The notes under the pieces were generated by a model. That model did not search any database, was not told the DNA's origin, and saw only the letters and a list, made by a program, of their open reading frames with translations. A stretch of DNA of 64,000 nt from an uncultured delta proteobacterium. Its GTDB lineage: Bacteria > Desulfobacterota > Binatia > UBA9968. A program made the translations under genes and the position numbers. The stretch spans positions 32,001 through 96,000 of the forward strand of contig CAWFJP010000018.1 in assembly GCA_963816145.1 (NCBI GenBank), read 5' to 3'. Positions 51,341 through 61,804 of the stretch are shown in pieces (positions within the stretch are counted from its first letter, which is position 1; the number at the start of each line of letters is the position of its first letter).

Positions 51341-51541
51341 TCATTTAATCATGACATTGGCCGCTTGGAGTCCCTTGCTACCTTGGGTTATCTCAAACTC
51401 GACATCTTGACCCTCGTTGAGAGACCGGTAGCCATCGCCTTGGATCGCACTATAGTGAACGAAGACATCGGCGCCACCCTTTTGCTCAATGAAACCATAT
51501 CCTTTTGAATTATTAAACCACTTCACCTTTCCAGTAGCCAT
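51341..51541 (-). CDS. cspA: Cold-shock protein
   Basis: GKVKWFN..KGYGFI..DVFVHY; GGAGG RBS. Confidence 0.96.
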   Translation of the reverse strand: MATGKVKWFNNSKGYGFIEQKGGADVFVHYSAIQGDGYRSLNEGQDVEFEITQGSKGLQAANVMIK

Positions 51542-52055
51542 CAGCACATCCTCCATTTCTTCGCTAATCGAAAGAACCGTGCTTTCACCGTGAACAAGAC
51601 ACCGCCAAATTTCCGGCGCTGACATTAGTTAAACCCTGCCACCTTTGTCAAGAATATTTGCCGAGCGACACTTGCGACAATATTTCTTGACATTATGGCC
51701 AAATAAGTTTTCAATAAAAGTAGACAGACATCCGGCGTATTGAAGATCAAGTCCTTTGTGATCGTCTAACGAGCAAGGAATCGGCAAGCCGACTAACGCA
51801 ACAGGAGGTCGCATGCGAGCCCAAGTTTACTCCCGGAGTTCCCACCCTGCCCCTATCGGCCGCTGCGCCCTAGCGCGGCCATTTTTCTGCTCAAGGTGAT
51901 GCACGAACCGGTCATAGCTCATGCACAGGCCTCGTTTTGTCGAGGCAACCGCCCTGTTTTTTTCTTCGCGCCCGCACATCCAGAGTTCAGCTCCATCGGT
52001 AAATTCAAAGGTTTTAGTAATAACCAAAGCAATTCCAAAAAGGGAGGCTGCTGGA

Positions 52056-53990
52056 ATGGACCATAACACGGAGTTCGAAGCGCTCATCAAGCGAGACCGA
52101 GACTTGCACCATTCGCGCGCCTGGCGCGGCAACTTGTTGGGATATCTCGACAAAGTCAAAGAAGATCCGGCCATCGCCAAACTCGCCCACGCGCGCATGT
52201 ACGACATTCTTATGAACGCGGGGGTTCGCGATATTCATGAGAAGCACGACCCGCACACCAAGCGCCTTTACAAAGACGAAAACATTAAACTCTACGACTT
52301 CTTCGCCGATGAGTTCTTCGGCATCGAAAAGACCATTTCACAGATCGTCCGCTACTTTCATGCCGCCTCGCTCAAGGGCGAGGAAAGCCGCCAAGTGCTC
52401 TACCTGATGGGACCGGTGGGCTCGGGCAAAAGTTCTCTGGTCGAAAAGCTTCATCGCGGTCTCGAAAGCAGCGAGCCGATTTACGCCATCGACGGCTGCC
52501 CGATGTTCGAGGAGCCGCTCCATCTGATTCCGCGTCATCTGCGCAAAGAGTTCGAAAAGATGTTGGGGTTGCATATCGAAGGCGATCTCTGCCCGGTCTG
52601 CCGTTACAAGCTGCAAAATGAATACAACGGCAAGTACGAGGAATTTCCCGTCCACACCCTCGAGTTTTCCAAACGCGCCCGTGTCGGGCTCGGCGTCGTG
52701 CCGCCAGTGGATCCCAACAATCAGGACACCTCGGTGCTCATCGGCAGCGAGGATATCTCAAAGCTGGATCTCTACTCCGAGGGCGATCCGCGAGTCCTTG
52801 AGTTGAACGGCGCGCTCAACGTCGGCAACCGCGGCTTGGTGGAATTTATCGAGGTGTTCAAAAACGAGATCGAGTACCTGCACTGCATGATCACCGCAAC
52901 CCAAGAAAAAGTCGTGCCGGCCCCGGGCCGGCATGGCCTGGTCTACGTCGACACCGTCATCGTCGCCCACTCCAACGAAGCGGAATGGCAAAAGTTCAAG
53001 GCGGACCACACCAATGAAGCGATCCTCGACCGCATCGTCGTGGTGCGCGTGCCGTATAATCTGCGGCTCTCCGAAGAGGTGAAAATCTATCAAAAGATCA
53101 TCCGTCATTCCGATTTCCGCGCCCATGTCGCGCCCCACACCCTGGAATTCGCATCCATGTTTGCGATTCTCTCGCGCCTGGAGCCCACCGCCAAGTGCGA
53201 TCTGATGACCAAGCTCAAACTCTATAACGGCGAAGAAGTCGTCGAAAAGGGCCGGACCAAAAAGGTCGACGTCCAGGAACTCCGAGAGGCAACCAAGCGT
53301 GAAGGCATGTCCGGGATCTCGACGCGATTCATCATGAAGGCTCTCGATAACGCGCTGTCGGACAACACGGCGGGCAATTGCATAAACCCGATCAACGTCC
53401 GCGAAGCTCTGATCAACATGTCCAAGGAAGCGGACATGCCCGATGACACCAGGAAACAGTATCTGGAGTTTCTCCAGGACACCCTGCACAAGGAATATTT
53501 GGAACTGCTCGAAAAGGAAATTACCCGGGCATTCGTTTACTCCTACCAGGAACAGGCCGAGGGTTTGTTCCAAAACTATCTCGACCACGCCGAAGCCTAT
53601 ATCAACAAGAGCAAGGTCAAAGACCGCAATACCAAGGAAGAGCTGACGCCGGATGAAGGCTTCATGAAGTCCATCGAAGAGCAGATCGCGATCATCGGTT
53701 CCGCCGCCGATGGCTTCCGCCAGGAAGTGATCGCCTACCTGTGGGCCGCCAACCGGCGCGGCGAAAAAATCGATTATCGCAGCTACGAACCGCTCAAAGA
53801 AGCGATCGAGAAAAAGCTCATCACTTCGGTGCGCGACTTGAGCCGTGTGATCACCAAGTCGCGCATGCGCGATGAAGAGCAATCCGAGAAATATAACGCC
53901 ATGGTCAAGAACCTTTTAGAGAATGGCTACTGCGAGAGCTGCGTCGACGTCGTTCTCAAATATGCGGCCAACAATCTTTGGAAGGACTGA
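52056..53990 (+). CDS. yeaG: PrkA/YeaG AAA+ serine protein kinase
   Basis: GPVGSGKSS, CPMFEEPL, NRGLVEFIE, HSNEAE, EGMSGISTRF; GGAGG RBS before MDHN. Confidence 0.94.
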   Translation: MDHNTEFEALIKRDRDLHHSRAWRGNLLGYLDKVKEDPAIAKLAHARMYDILMNAGVRDIHEKHDPHTKRLYKDENIKLYDFFADEFFGIEKTISQIVRYFHAASLKGEESRQVLYLMGPVGSGKSSLVEKLHRGLESSEPIYAIDGCPMFEEPLHLIPRHLRKEFEKMLGLHIEGDLCPVCRYKLQNEYNGKYEEFPVHTLEFSKRARVGLGVVPPVDPNNQDTSVLIGSEDISKLDLYSEGDPRVLELNGALNVGNRGLVEFIEVFKNEIEYLHCMITATQEKVVPAPGRHGLVYVDTVIVAHSNEAEWQKFKADHTNEAILDRIVVVRVPYNLRLSEEVKIYQKIIRHSDFRAHVAPHTLEFASMFAILSRLEPTAKCDLMTKLKLYNGEEVVEKGRTKKVDVQELREATKREGMSGISTRFIMKALDNALSDNTAGNCINPINVREALINMSKEADMPDDTRKQYLEFLQDTLHKEYLELLEKEITRAFVYSYQEQAEGLFQNYLDHAEAYINKSKVKDRNTKEELTPDEGFMKSIEEQIAIIGSAADGFRQEVIAYLWAANRRGEKIDYRSYEPLKEAIEKKLITSVRDLSRVITKSRMRDEEQSEKYNAMVKNLLENGYCESCVDVVLKYAANNLWKD

Positions 53991-54014
53991 GGCCGCGGCC
54001 GTCGGTTCGTTCAA

Positions 54015-55217
54015 ATGTCAACCATCTTTCGCCCGTACAATTCATCCTCGGGTCAACGTAGCGACCGCAGTGCCGGCGACCGCCTGCGCCACCGGCAAAA
54101 AGTGCGCGAAGCGATTCGCAACAATATCGCCGATATCATCGCCGAAGAATCAATCATCGGCAAAGACCACAACCGGATCATTAAAGTGCCGATTCGCGGC
54201 GTCAAAGAGTATCGCTTTATCTACGGCGACAACGCTCCCGGCGTCGGGGAAGGCGGCGATGGCGATCCCAAACCCGGAGATGTCGTCGGCCAAGGCGAGG
54301 AGGGCAAGGCCGGGCAACAGGCCGGCAACCGGCCCGGCGTCGACTACTACGAGACCGATGTCAGCCTGGACGAACTGATCGATCTGATGTTCGAAGATCT
54401 CGAACTGCCCGATCTCGAGCGCAAGCGGTTGCGCAAGATCGAGTTTGAGCGGCTGATCCGGCAAAAGGGCTATCGCCGCAAAGGCATCCGGGTTCGGCTT
54501 GACAAGAAGCGCACCGCGCTTTCGCGGGTCAAGCGCAAAAAGGCGATGCAGCGCCGTCAGTCGGCGCGACCGCAGGCAAATCCGGAGTTGGTTCAATTGG
54601 AGCGTTTCCCTTTTCACAGAGATGATCTGCGCTATCACCATACGGTGACCGACACCCGCGAGGAGTCCAACGCCGTGGTGCTGTGCATCATGGACACCTC
54701 GGGCTCCATGGACACCATGAAAAAATATTTGTCGCGCAGTTTTTTTTTCCTGCTCTATCAATTTATTTCGACTCGCTATCAGAACGTCGAGATCGTCTTC
54801 ATCGCCCATCACACCGAGGCCAAAGAGGTCACCGAAGACGAGTTCTTTCACAAAGGCGAGTCCGGCGGCACCATGATCTCGTCGGGCTACATCAAAGCGC
54901 TGGAGATCATCGAGCAACGTTACCACCCGGCGCTGTGGAACGTTTACGTGTTTCACTGCTCCGACGGTGACAACTTCGAGTCCGACAACCCGGCGACACT
55001 CAAAGCCGCCCAAGAACTTGCCAAGGCCGCCAATCTGTTCGGCTATGGCGAGATCAAACCACTCGGCTCGGGTTACTATGGCAGCAGCTTGATCAGTTTT
55101 TTCTCACAGATTCAGGAGCCCAACTTTCTCGCTGTGCAAATTCAGAAGAAGGAAGATGTCTGGAGTTCCTTCAAAACCTTTCTGACCAAGGACCGCGCCA
55201 AAGAAGACGCGGCCTGA
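54015..55217 (+). CDS. yeaH: YeaH/YhbH (DUF444) VWA-like protein
   Basis: DLELPDL, MDTSGSM (MIDAS), ESGGT, HCSDGDN. Confidence 0.93.
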   Translation: MSTIFRPYNSSSGQRSDRSAGDRLRHRQKVREAIRNNIADIIAEESIIGKDHNRIIKVPIRGVKEYRFIYGDNAPGVGEGGDGDPKPGDVVGQGEEGKAGQQAGNRPGVDYYETDVSLDELIDLMFEDLELPDLERKRLRKIEFERLIRQKGYRRKGIRVRLDKKRTALSRVKRKKAMQRRQSARPQANPELVQLERFPFHRDDLRYHHTVTDTREESNAVVLCIMDTSGSMDTMKKYLSRSFFFLLYQFISTRYQNVEIVFIAHHTEAKEVTEDEFFHKGESGGTMISSGYIKALEIIEQRYHPALWNVYVFHCSDGDNFESDNPATLKAAQELAKAANLFGYGEIKPLGSGYYGSSLISFFSQIQEPNFLAVQIQKKEDVWSSFKTFLTKDRAKEDAA

Positions 55218-55226
55218 GAACACGCC

Positions 55227-56660
55227 ATGGCTACCGACTATAGCCTCGACGATCTGGAAAATTGGAACGAACGAATCATCCAGTTGGTCCAACGTTTCGG
55301 CCTCGATCCATACGATCAAGAGTTCGAGATATGCGACCACGAGGACATGCTCTCCTACATGGTCTACTCGGGCATGCCGTCCCATTATCCACACTGGTCC
55401 TACGGTAAAAGCTTCGAAAAGCTCAAGACGCTTTATGACTATGGCATCAGCGGCTTACCCTACGAAATGGTCATCAACTCCAATCCGTCGATCGCCTACC
55501 TCATGCGCGACAACAGCCTAGCCTTGCAGGTGCTCACCATCGCCCATGTTTACGGCCACAACGATTTTTTCAAGAACAATTTCACCTTTCGCTCGACCCG
55601 CGCCGAGTTTACGATCGCAAATTTCAAAAGCCACGCCAACCGGGTGCGCCACTATGTCGAAGATCCGAGCATCGGCCTGGAACGCGTCGAGTCGGTTGTC
55701 GACGCCGCCCATGCGCTGTCGCTGCAATGCCGGCGCAACCTCGCCGTGCGCAAACCCACTGCCGCCGAAGAAAGGCAACGCAAGATCGAAGAAGCCAAAC
55801 TGCCGGACGATCCGTTTCACGCGGTTCACCGCCGGCGCCAAGTCGCCGAACCGGATTTGCAGAAAGTGCCACTCTACCCCGATCAAGATTTGCTGCTATT
55901 CATCCGCGATCATAATCCGCTGCTCGCCGAATGGGAAAAAGATCTGCTGACGATCGTACACGAAGAAGCCCAGTACTTCATTCCGCAGATCGAAACCAAA
56001 ATCATGAACGAAGGTTGGGCAAGTTTCTGGCACAAACGCATCCTTGAAAACCTCGATTTACCTCAAGGGTTGCACCTGGAGTTTCTCGTGCGCCACACCC
56101 AGGTGCTGCGGCCCGCACCAGGGAGTATCAACCCCTATCATGTCGGCATGAAGATTTGGGAGGACATCGAGAAGCGCTGGCAGAATCCCAGCGCCGCCGA
56201 AGAAAAAGAATTCGGCCCGCGCAAGAAAAGCGCCAACGAAAAACTCTTCGAAGTGCGCGAGGTCGAGCGCGACAGCTCGTTCCTGCGCCGATATCTGACC
56301 GAAGATTTGCTACGCGAACTCAACCTGTTCGAATATAAAAACCAGGGGAACCAACAGGTGGTCAGCCATGTCGCCGACGACGACAACTGGCAACACATCA
56401 AAGACACCCTGATCCGTAACGTCGGCACCGGGACCATCCCGGTCATCAAGGTCGTCGACGCGGATTACCGCAACAACCGCACGCTCTTGTTGCAACATGA
56501 CCACGACGGTCGCGACTTGCAGTTGGAATACGCCGAGAAGACTCTGCAATACGTCCAGCAACTATGGGGGCACGACGTCGCGATGGAAACCGTGAACGAT
56601 AATCAGCGGGCGATCCTGGAACTATCCGACCGCAAACTAGCCGTCAAAAAATCGGCATAG
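55227..56660 (+). CDS. spoVR: SpoVR/YcgB family protein
   Basis: YPHWSYGK, YEMVINSNP, HVYGHNDFFKNN, TKIMNEGWASFWH, NPYHVG. Confidence 0.95.
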   Translation: MATDYSLDDLENWNERIIQLVQRFGLDPYDQEFEICDHEDMLSYMVYSGMPSHYPHWSYGKSFEKLKTLYDYGISGLPYEMVINSNPSIAYLMRDNSLALQVLTIAHVYGHNDFFKNNFTFRSTRAEFTIANFKSHANRVRHYVEDPSIGLERVESVVDAAHALSLQCRRNLAVRKPTAAEERQRKIEEAKLPDDPFHAVHRRRQVAEPDLQKVPLYPDQDLLLFIRDHNPLLAEWEKDLLTIVHEEAQYFIPQIETKIMNEGWASFWHKRILENLDLPQGLHLEFLVRHTQVLRPAPGSINPYHVGMKIWEDIEKRWQNPSAAEEKEFGPRKKSANEKLFEVREVERDSSFLRRYLTEDLLRELNLFEYKNQGNQQVVSHVADDDNWQHIKDTLIRNVGTGTIPVIKVVDADYRNNRTLLLQHDHDGRDLQLEYAEKTLQYVQQLWGHDVAMETVNDNQRAILELSDRKLAVKKSA

Positions 56661-56715
56661 GCGTTAGTGTCATGTCCGAGAAATTGGTTGAACAAAAGGC
56701 CTATCGGTTCGGACG

Positions 56716-56802
56716 ATTCCCCCTTGGAAAAGGATGGCAAGGGTTTTTTTTGCAAACCCACAGTTCAAATCCCGCCTCGATCCCGCTTTTTCAAAGGGGA
56801 GG
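56716..56802. repeat. Degenerate CCCCCTT..AAGGGGG REP-like doublet
   Basis: TCCCCCTTGGAAAAGG and CCCGCTTTTTCAAAGGGGG units between spoVR and aroE. Confidence 0.55.
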
Positions 56803-56911
56803 CTCTGAAATTGTTTTTTAAACATATTTCTCGGCCGGGATGCTAGGATACTGTTGCCGGTTGCCAAAACCTTGGCTGCATGCGACTACTTGAAAACAGC
56901 GCAGACCGGCC

Positions 56912-58021
56912 ATGGCAGCGATACTGAGCATCAAGCAAATTCACGCGCATATATCCAACCGTTTGGCTGAAAAAGCCATCGCCGGTAAGACCGTGGCCGG
57001 CATCATCGGCGACAGTCCATCGCGCTATTCGAAGAGCCCCGGCCTGTGGAACGCGGCGTTTCGCCATTTAGGGATGAATGCGACTTACCTGCCCTTCGAT
57101 GTCGACGCTGCCCATGTCGACGACCTACTGCGCCTCCTGCGGGCTTCGGAACAGTTCATCGGTCTCAACGTCACTGTGCCACACAAAGTGCGGGTGATGG
57201 ATTTTCTCGACGAGCTCGACCCCGGCGCCGCGCGCATCCAGGCGGTCAACACCGTGGTTCGCTCGGCGGATGGCAAGCTGACCGGATACAACACCGACGG
57301 CGAGGGATTTCTCGATAGCCTATTCCTGCCGACGCCGGAGCATCCACAAGGTTTCATGCCATCACTTGCCGGCATCGATGTCTTGCTCTTGGGCGCTGGC
57401 GGCTCGGCCCGCGCCGTGGCTTTTCACGTCAGCGATCGGATCGGCCATGGAAAACTGATCATCGCCAATCGGACCCTTGCTCAAGCGCAATCTCTCGCCG
57501 GCGAAATTACCATTCTCGGCCGCCAAGCGATCGCCATCGGCGAAGAGGATGTTTCAATCTGGGCGCCAAAAGTCGGATTGATTGTCAACAGCACGACCAA
57601 AGGCCAAGGCGGTGTGCGTAAGCTTAACAATGGCATGGCAACCATGCTGGCACCCTATTCCGCCCTGGCGCCGGCGCAACCGCCGCTGCTTGCCGAGAGT
57701 CTAGGCGATGGTTTTGAAAGGCAATGGCACGCGGCGGCAGGCAACGACATCGAAGCCAACAACCGTAGCTCCGAGTCCCTAACCGCGACGATCCCCGTCG
57801 CGACGCGCTTTTACGATCTGATTTATCATCCCGAAGAAACCGTCTTCCTGCGTCATGGCCGGGAGACCGGGCATCGAACCATGAACGGCAAAACCATGAT
57901 CGTCTGCCAGGCGGTCATCGCCTTCTGCCGCAGAATCTGCCAACGGCAATTGCAGGCCTTGGGCAAAAACACGCCAGCCACCCAGCGCCAAGTCGCCGAG
58001 ATCATGTTCGCGAATTGGTGA
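56912..58021 (+). CDS. aroE: Shikimate dehydrogenase-family protein (long form)
   Basis: SKSP, NVTVPHK, AVNT, GYNTD, LGAGGSARAV, NRT, YDLIY. Confidence 0.88.
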   Translation: MAAILSIKQIHAHISNRLAEKAIAGKTVAGIIGDSPSRYSKSPGLWNAAFRHLGMNATYLPFDVDAAHVDDLLRLLRASEQFIGLNVTVPHKVRVMDFLDELDPGAARIQAVNTVVRSADGKLTGYNTDGEGFLDSLFLPTPEHPQGFMPSLAGIDVLLLGAGGSARAVAFHVSDRIGHGKLIIANRTLAQAQSLAGEITILGRQAIAIGEEDVSIWAPKVGLIVNSTTKGQGGVRKLNNGMATMLAPYSALAPAQPPLLAESLGDGFERQWHAAAGNDIEANNRSSESLTATIPVATRFYDLIYHPEETVFLRHGRETGHRTMNGKTMIVCQAVIAFCRRICQRQLQALGKNTPATQRQVAEIMFANW

Positions 58022-58215
58022 CAGCGCGGCGATTCCGCGGCTCAAACGGATCTCTGCATCGCGCCTGTTTCGAGCTGCCGGCTTCGGCGAAGCTCTGGTT
58101 ATTCGGAACCGCCGAAAAAATATTGGCCGCCGGCCGGCCAGACATGCCTAGATCGACGCGTTGTTTTAGGATTCCGAGAGTTCATAATGCCGGCTCAAGC
58201 AAGGAGAATCGCGGT

Positions 58216-58941
58216 ATGAAAGACGTCGAACAGGATCTCATAGCGACTGCGCTGCCCTATTGGGAAACCGAGGCGACGATCGTTCGGCGATTTTTCAAGA
58301 GCAAGCCGACGCGGGAGGATCATATTTTTTGGCTCAAGGCGCAGCTGTGGAAGGAGCTCCATCCGGTGGACGGTTATTTCACCGGGCTGCAGAAGGAACT
58401 GAACAATCTGGTGGCGAGTTTTCCCGAGATCGACAAAACCATCGGCCGCCATCAATATCACTCGCTCCTGGAACAACTCACTCAAGAGTTCAATCACTAC
58501 GTGCTCATGGCCGACGTTCTCGAATATCTTCTGCGTCATGCGGTTTCCGCCGAGGATACGTTTCAACTACCGCAGGAGAAAATACTCGGAGATATGCGCC
58601 GAGCTTACGCAAACTCGGGATCGGCCGTCGATAGGGCCGCCGTCCTCGTCACCGAAGGCGGCGGCGCGCGGATGTTCCGCGAAGGAAGAAAGCTAAAAGG
58701 CGGCCAGCTCGAAAGAATGATCGCCAGCGCGATGGAGGTCGTCTATCGCGACGAAAAGAACCACTATAAGGACGCCGCCAGAGAAGCGGCCCGCGCCGTC
58801 CGGACCAAGCCAGACCTGGCGCGAATGAAAAAGGCGGTCAAGGAAGTAAGCCTGCAACGAGTCCATATGCGCAATGAGATGTTCAAGGCAGCGCTGACGA
58901 GCGACGAAATCAAAAGGTGTCTGGCATCTCACGCGCATTGA
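58216..58941 (+). CDS. Ferritin-like (di-iron four-helix) hypothetical protein
   Basis: AAGGAG RBS; ligand pattern KE..QEFNH..TEG..DEKNH. Confidence 0.7.
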   Translation: MKDVEQDLIATALPYWETEATIVRRFFKSKPTREDHIFWLKAQLWKELHPVDGYFTGLQKELNNLVASFPEIDKTIGRHQYHSLLEQLTQEFNHYVLMADVLEYLLRHAVSAEDTFQLPQEKILGDMRRAYANSGSAVDRAAVLVTEGGGARMFREGRKLKGGQLERMIASAMEVVYRDEKNHYKDAAREAARAVRTKPDLARMKKAVKEVSLQRVHMRNEMFKAALTSDEIKRCLASHAH

Positions 58942-58947
58942 ATCTGA

Positions 58948-58971
58948 TATGCCCCGCGGCTTGCTGCGGGG
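58948..58971. repeat. Short GC hairpin (REP-like or terminator)
   Basis: CCCCGCGG-cttg-CTGCGGGG just after the ferritin-like stop. Confidence 0.5.
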
Positions 58972-59289
58972 ACAAACTTGTTGGGGTTGCCAAAATGGGG
59001 TTGAACATCTTCTTTGGTCGCGCGCGGGATCCAGACCCCGATGGCGAAATGCCAAGTTGAGTAATCGCCTGACCGGCACTGCCGCGCTAGGAAGTATGCC
59101 CCTGCCCCTGATTTCCTGATCCTGTCACGTTCCCAAGTTGTCTTCACCGATCGCGCGTTGACAATCAAACCGTACATCAAATACTTTGCACCGAGGGTTG
59201 ATGCAGCTGAGATGAATTGCCGGCAGTGTCGGCACGAAGATCCGCTCTTGTAGCAGTCCGCTGATCGGCAGGACGGAGGACAAGCAAAT

Positions 59290-60925
59290 ATGGCAGAGCA
59301 AGTACTCGTGGTGCAGGGTGGAAAACTGATTGACGGCACCGGCCGGCCGCCGATCGAGAATTCCGTAATTGTCATCCATGCAGGCAAATTCCAGGCGATC
59401 GGCAGGAGCGGCGAACTCCCTATTCCCGCCGGCGCTGAGGTCGTTGACGCCAAGGGCAAGACCGTTCTGCCGGGGTTCATCGATGGACATGGCCACCTGG
59501 AGGATTTTCATGGCGAGCTTTATCTTCATCTGGGAATTACCACCTGCGCCAATATCGAGCTCTACCAGGACGGCCCGTGGACTCTGGCGCAAAAACAGGG
59601 CACCGCTCTGGGGAAAATCCGCGGGCCGCGGATTTGGATGTCGGGCCGGGCGATCGGCGGCGTCAGCACCGGGCACGATGCCTTTGGCTCGCGAACCGCC
59701 CGCGACAACATCATCGTCACAACGCCGGAGGCAGTGCGCCGAGCGGTGCAGCGGAAAAAGGAGCTTGGCTGCGACATTCTCAAGGTCAATGAGTTTCTTT
59801 CCTTGGACCTGGTGCAGGTCGCAGCCGACGAAGCGCACCGGCTCGGCATGCCGGTGGCCGCCCATAGTTGGGATGTCGTCGGTCATGCGAACGCGGGCGT
59901 CGATGCCATCGAGCATATCTGGTCGGTCGGTTACAGCTCGATTCCTTACGCACCCGCCAGACGCAAGCTCGCCGAGGATCGGCTCGGCGGCGTGATCGAT
60001 CAGGAGCTCGCCGGCGCTTATTACCAGACAGAAAATTTCGCCGCGGTGATCGGCGCCATGGTCGAGCACCAGGTGGCGTGGACCCCGACCATCGCCAAGT
60101 GGCTGCGGCCGCTTTCGCCGAGCGCGGAGCGCTTTAGAAAAAGAGAACAGGAGATCTTGAACGACCCTGATGCCGATCTGCCCGCGGCGGTCCGCGCGGT
60201 GACCGACAACTCCTACGACAAGTTACTCAAGCGCTATACGCCGGCGCAGCTCGAGCAAGCCAAAGTCGGCTATGAAAAAGCCAAAGAATTCATCCGCCGT
60301 TTTGTCCAAGCCGGCGGCATTCTCAAGGAAGGCTCGGACCCGCCGCGCGGCATGGCCGCGTTGCTGATGCATCAGGCGCTGGCGATGGACGTGGAGGCGG
60401 GCGTGCCGCCGATGAAGGCGATCCAAGCCGCCACGCTCAACGTCGCCAGGACGTTCAAGAAAGACCAAGACTATGGCAGCGTCGAGCCCGGCAAGGTCGC
60501 GGATCTTTCCATCGTCGAGGGCGATCCGCTGGAAGACATCTGGATGACGCAGAACGTCAAGCTGGTCGTCATGGACGGCAAGGTCATCGAAAGCGGGTTT
60601 AAAAAATATAAGAATCCGATCGCGTCATTCTATTCCTACCAGAGCCTGCCACTGGACCTGGAAATCTCCCCGCTGTTTCTCATCGAGGGCTCCGGCCCGA
60701 CGACGTTGAGGGTGCGCGGCGCAGGGCGGCATGTGGCCGTTCCATCGCGTCATGTTGAACGGTCAGCCGCTGCCGACCAGTTTTGTCTCGAAGGACGAGC
60801 TCAAGGCGATCATTGCCCCCGAGGCGATACCGACCGCCGGCACTTACATCGTCACGCTCAAGTGCGAAGGCGAAGCGTTCCCCGAGTCCCATCGTGCCCA
60901 TCTGGTGGTGGGCTTCAAGCCCTAG
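59290..60925 (+). CDS. Amidohydrolase-family protein with C-terminal Ig-like domain, frameshifted at GGG 60724-60726
   Basis: GKTVLPGFIDGHGH, IEH, GSD, AIQAATLN, GSVEPGKVADL; removing one G continues into MWPFHRVMLNG..FVSKDELKA..VGFKP*. Confidence 0.85.
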
Positions 60926-61001
60926 TCATAGCGCGATTAGAGTAACTGTCACAGATCTCAGTAGGACTGATAGGGTTGTTACACGTCACCCTGGGACTTT
61001 A

Positions 61002-61110
61002 ACTTGGGGGCTTCAGCCAACAGATCCAACTGACATAATCTCGTTGCTGTTATCATGACATATTGACGTTGCTACGACACCGTTCATCAGAAAAGTAGCC
61101 TGCCCCCCCT
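61002..61110. repeat. Intergenic direct repeat B, copy 1
   Basis: 79-nt ungapped match (about 80% by hand) to 62305-62383, then a shared AAGTAGCCTGYCCC. Confidence 0.8.
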
Positions 61111-61230
61111 TTCTTACCGACTCAGAGAGTTTAGAAATTTGACCGAGGACCAGCGGCGAGATGCCGCTGCCACTTTCTTGACACTTCACCTGCGAACGGA
61201 GGTCTTTGGAAAAACGATTCTCCCGCGCCG

Positions 61231-61497
61231 TCAAAAAATAACCGAGTCGCGCCGGAAATGCTCCGGCGGCACCAGGAAGACTTCGCTGTCGTTTTCGAGC
61301 CGAAATTTTCGCCCGCTTCTGGGGCAAAAAGTACTATGGCCGCGAATTGCCTCAACCTGCGCCGGTATCGATCGGCCGTGAAACAATTCGGCAATGCTTT
61401 GTTTGCGCTGGAGAACTTCTTCGATGTGCAGCCTCAAGAGCACCGGATGATCGCGGCCACAATCCTGGCAGTGCACTGAAATATCGTAGGCAGGCAT
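61231..61497 (-). CDS. Small putative Zn-binding protein
   Basis: CQDCGRDH plus a distal CPRSG; purine-rich GGAAGAGAG leader. Confidence 0.65.
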   Translation of the reverse strand: MPAYDISVHCQDCGRDHPVLLRLHIEEVLQRKQSIAELFHGRSIPAQVEAIRGHSTFCPRSGRKFRLENDSEVFLVPPEHFRRDSVIF

Positions 61498-61523
61498 GGT
61501 ACTGTCTCTCTTCCACCGGACTC

Positions 61524-61694
61524 CTATTGCCGACTTCGTGGACCGTGCGAAAATAAGTTGAGTTCCCCGATGGCGCTAGAAGCGACAAAGTTATTTTTCT
61601 GCAACCGTTTATGAATAAACCTTCGAACGCCGGTGCATTTCTGTAGGAAGGACACTGCACCGCTGGTGCCGACATTTTTTCTGGAACCAAGCAT
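61524..61694 (-). CDS. Candidate 56-aa basic small protein (below the ORF-track cutoff)
   Basis: GGGAGGG 7 nt before ATG; MLGSRKNVGT...HGPRSRQ*; stops 26 nt upstream of the Zn protein start. Confidence 0.4.
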   Translation of the reverse strand: MLGSRKNVGTSGAVSFLQKCTGVRRFIHKRLQKNNFVASSAIGELNLFSHGPRSRQ

Positions 61695-61804
61695 GAATTT
61701 TCCCTCCCGGCGTTTATCCCCTGTGAATTCAACCAGTCACGGACCGGGTACAAGTGAAACAGAAGTGTGCAGGTCGTCGCGTTATTGCTGCCGCTAAAAC
61801 CTAC

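Noticed and set aside
54015-56660. Evidence of sporulation from spoVR/yhbH
   Set aside because: These families are widespread in non-sporulating diderms, and this window encodes lipid A synthesis.
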